From Rhizomicrobium sp. (GTDB lineage: Bacteria; Pseudomonadota; Alphaproteobacteria; Micropepsales; Micropepsaceae), in NCBI GenBank assembly GCA_036564785.1, contig DATCOJ010000063.1, forward strand, positions 6,692-30,691: 24,000 nt of DNA, read 5' to 3'. The notes under the pieces were generated by a model. That model had not been told where the DNA came from. It did not search any database and saw nothing but the letters and a program-made list of their open reading frames with translations. Position numbers and translations under genes: made by a program. Below, in pieces: positions 22,095 through 24,000 of the stretch (position 1 is the stretch's first letter; each line of letters opens with the position of its first letter).

Positions 22095-22919
22095 CTAATT
22101 GGACAGCGGCACGTGCTGCAGATAAGGCCCGCGGCGGATTAGATATTCGGAGGGCGTCAGACCGGAGAATTCGCGGAAGTCGCGGATGAAATGCGACTGG
22201 TCGAAATAGCCGTGGCGCTCGACCATGTCCCCCCAATCGACCTGCGGCGCCTGAAAGATGCGCAGCAGCACGCGCTGGAAGCGGGTGACGCGCAGATAGA
22301 GCTTGGGCGTGAAGCCCACTTCGTCGGCGAAGAGCTTGATCAGCCGCTTGTGGCTGACGCCGGCTTCGGCGGCAAGCCTTGCGACGCTCGCCTTGTGCGG
22401 CGCGCGCGCGAAGCTCGCCAGCGCCTCTTCCACCACCGGATGTCGCACGAAGGCGCGCGGCGCGGCCGCGATCAGCGCGCGCTGCAAAATCTCGAACTTG
22501 TCCTCCGGCGTGGGCGCCTGCACCAGCCTCTGATGCAGCCGCTCCGCATCGCCGCCCCAGATGTCCGAAAGCGAGATATGCGCGTTCTGGAATTCGCGCG
22601 CCGGCGGCTTGAAGAAGGGAAAGGCACCGCCCGCGCGGAACTGCACCCCCATCATGTGCGGCTGATGGGCGTCGATGGCGAAGGCACTGGAATGCGTGCC
22701 GCAGAGCGCGATGCCCTTGAGCCGGCTCAGCGCCGCAAAGCGCTCGCCGCCGTACCAGGAAAGCTCGTCGCGCTTGAGATTGACCAGCAGGCCCACGCGG
22801 CCCGAGGCCATGATGGTGTCCTTGGCGTGCCCCGGCGCCTCGCCTTCCCAATACCAGAAGTTCTCGATGAAACGATCGAGCGGCGGCGGCGGAACGGCGG
22901 TGGCGTAGATTACGGGCAT
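22095..22919 (-). CDS. AraC/XylS-family transcriptional regulator (274 aa)
   Basis: ORF 22095..22952 (-); M12 (rc ATG 22917-22919) is preferred. The C-terminal double HTH is SVARLAAEAGVSHKRLIKLFADEVGFTPKLYLRVTRFQRVL...HGYFDQSHFIRDFREFSGLTPSEY. Confidence 0.8.
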   Translation of the reverse strand: MPVIYATAVPPPPLDRFIENFWYWEGEAPGHAKDTIMASGRVGLLVNLKRDELSWYGGERFAALSRLKGIALCGTHSSAFAIDAHQPHMMGVQFRAGGAFPFFKPPAREFQNAHISLSDIWGGDAERLHQRLVQAPTPEDKFEILQRALIAAAPRAFVRHPVVEEALASFARAPHKASVARLAAEAGVSHKRLIKLFADEVGFTPKLYLRVTRFQRVLLRIFQAPQVDWGDMVERHGYFDQSHFIRDFREFSGLTPSEYLIRRGPYLQHVPLSN

Positions 22920-23089
22920 TTTGGCGGCGGCAGCTCTTTTTCGGTGCCCCATGATAGAAGCCAGCGTCGGATTTCTTCGTAGGAAATCACCCGGCCGGAC
23001 TTTGCATCAGCCAACCCTTCCCGGACTGCGGCGGACAGCGCGGTTCGCTCCGGGTCGCGAGTCTTCAGGACTGCGTTCTGAGTGGTCAT
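22910..23089 (-). CDS. Small ORF (59 aa) resembling only the C-terminal tail of ribbon-helix-helix (CopG/ParD-like) antitoxins; possible remnant
   Basis: The translation is MTTQNAVLKTRDPERTALSAAVREGLADAKSGRVISYEEIRRWLLSWGTEKELPPPKCP. The pattern GLAD..SGRV.S.EE...WL..WG....P.P.C recalls antitoxin C-termini (from memory), but no N-terminal RHH strand is present. The ORF overlaps the AraC start by 10 nt. The SD is weak. Confidence 0.35.
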   Translation of the reverse strand: MTTQNAVLKTRDPERTALSAAVREGLADAKSGRVISYEEIRRWLLSWGTEKELPPPKCP

Positions 23090-23145
23090 GCATCCAGCAT
23101 AATCCTCTTCGGCCGAAAAGCGCACGGCTGGCCAGAGAGTCTCGC

Positions 23146-23949
23146 TCAGCCTGCGAGGGTGCGAGCCCGCTTCCGGGCGGCGCGAACGGTGCGCGCGATC
23201 AGGGGCTTGAGGCCGTCCGTACCGAGCAGGATTTCGAGCGCCGCTTCGGTGGTGCCGCCGGGACTTGTGACATTGGTGCGAAGCCGTTCCGGCGAAGAGG
23301 GATCGGATTTGAGCAGCGCTCCGGAACCGATGACGGTCTGGCGCGCGAGTCTTTGCGCAATGTCGCTCGGCAGGCCCTCACGGCGCGCCGCCTCGGCCAG
23401 CGCTTCGGTCAGCAGGAACACGTAGGCCGGGCCGGAGCCGGAGACGGCTGTTACCGTATCGACGTCGCTCTCGCGCTTGACCCAAACGGTTTCTCCGAGC
23501 GCGGCCGACAACGACTCGGCCAGCTTGCGGTCTTTGGCGCTCGCGCCCGGCGCGGCATAGAGCGCCGAGATGCCTTCGCCGATGGCGCCCGGAATGTTGG
23601 GCATGGCGCGCACGATGCGCGCCTCCCGGCCCCAGGCCTTGCGCATCAGAGCGGTGGTCGTGCCGGCGGCGATGGAGATCATCAGCGCGCCGGACTGCGC
23701 GACCGGCGTCAGACGCGGCGCCTCCCTCTTCAGCACCTGCGGCTTCAGCGCAATAACGCAGGCGCGTATATCGGCCGGCGCATCTTCGATTTGTTTCACA
23801 AGCGTGACGCCGCGCCGCGCCAGCTTGCGCAACTCAGGCGACGCATTTGGCTCGACAACCACCAGCGGCCCAAGCCCGCGCGCCAGCCAGCCCTTGAGCA
23901 GCGCCCCGCCCATGCGGCCGGCCCCCACGAGCAGAATGCTGGCGGACAA
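23146..23949 (-). CDS. proC: Pyrroline-5-carboxylate reductase (267 aa), TTG start
   Basis: The start codon is rc TTG at 23947-23949 with GGGGGAGG 4 nt upstream. The NAD(P) fold is ILLVGAGRMGGALLKGW. The C-terminal ProC signature is SPGGTTEAALEIL. Confidence 0.88.
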   Translation of the reverse strand: MSASILLVGAGRMGGALLKGWLARGLGPLVVVEPNASPELRKLARRGVTLVKQIEDAPADIRACVIALKPQVLKREAPRLTPVAQSGALMISIAAGTTTALMRKAWGREARIVRAMPNIPGAIGEGISALYAAPGASAKDRKLAESLSAALGETVWVKRESDVDTVTAVSGSGPAYVFLLTEALAEAARREGLPSDIAQRLARQTVIGSGALLKSDPSSPERLRTNVTSPGGTTEAALEILLGTDGLKPLIARTVRAARKRARTLAG

Positions 23950-23952
23950 TTT

Positions 23953-23973
23953 ACCTCCCCCGTGCGGGGAGGT
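23953..23973 (-). promoter_or_regulatory. Stem-loop whose 3' arm contains the proC Shine-Dalgarno sequence (or the terminator of the off-window upstream gene)
   Basis: The minus-strand RNA reads ACCUCCCC-GCACG-GGGGAGGU-AAA-UUG. The 8-bp perfect stem spans 23953-23960 and 23966-23973, with a 5-nt loop. Confidence 0.4.
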
Positions 23974-24000
23974 CGCGAGCGCGCGAGCGCGAGCGGGTGG

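Noticed and set aside
21646-22851. 401-aa minus-strand ORF
   Set aside because: It is out of frame relative to the AraC gene (clear double HTH in the other frame) and the small secreted-protein gene. It is extremely Arg/Ala/Gly-rich.
23974-24000. Short iterations of GCGAGC/CGCGAG at the window end
   Set aside because: There are only about three degenerate copies and they are cut by the window edge. They cannot be distinguished from GC-rich low complexity.
1-24000. Search for CRISPR arrays, tRNA/rRNA genes, IS elements, integrases and long direct or inverted repeats
   Set aside because: I could find none by eye. All intergenic gaps are 265 bp or shorter. Each contains at most promoters, operators and terminators, and none contains an array-like periodic repeat.

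Overview
This is a high-GC, densely coding chromosomal segment. The gene order, including the uvrC-pgsA-moaD-moaE block, suggests an alphaproteobacterium of Rhizobiales type; that is inference only. I support about 30 protein-coding genes. I found no rRNA, tRNA, CRISPR array, transposase or integrase. Housekeeping content: a short-Q-loop (CIO-type) cytochrome bd oxidase cydAB; a PTR1-like SDR translationally coupled to folB; a POT-family peptide transporter; uvrC-pgsA-moaD-moaE; ilvE; a MarR gene followed by an OmpR-type response regulator and an EnvZ-type histidine kinase; and proC. Accessory-looking content: (i) a YozG-type HTH plus DUF2975-like membrane protein pair preceded by an AT-rich 30-bp palindrome; (ii) a tandem pair of secreted 394-aa S53 (sedolisin)-like peptidases duplicated together with their terminators; (iii) several small secreted or lipoproteins of unknown function; (iv) a 59-aa antitoxin-tail-like ORF overlapping an AraC gene. 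The most notable item is (v), a lone ~754-761 aa KAP-family P-loop NTPase at 14833-17118 on the minus strand. It has four transmembrane helices inserted between Walker A and Walker B and an unassigned ~185-aa N-terminal domain. It is wedged between moaE and ilvE, and its 5' part is visibly more AT-rich than its neighbours. I treat it as a candidate single-gene membrane NTPase of PifA-like, possibly phage-exclusion type; that role is a hypothesis, not a demonstrated function. Many long ORFs in the supplied track are antisense or out-of-frame shadows typical of high-GC DNA and are rejected.
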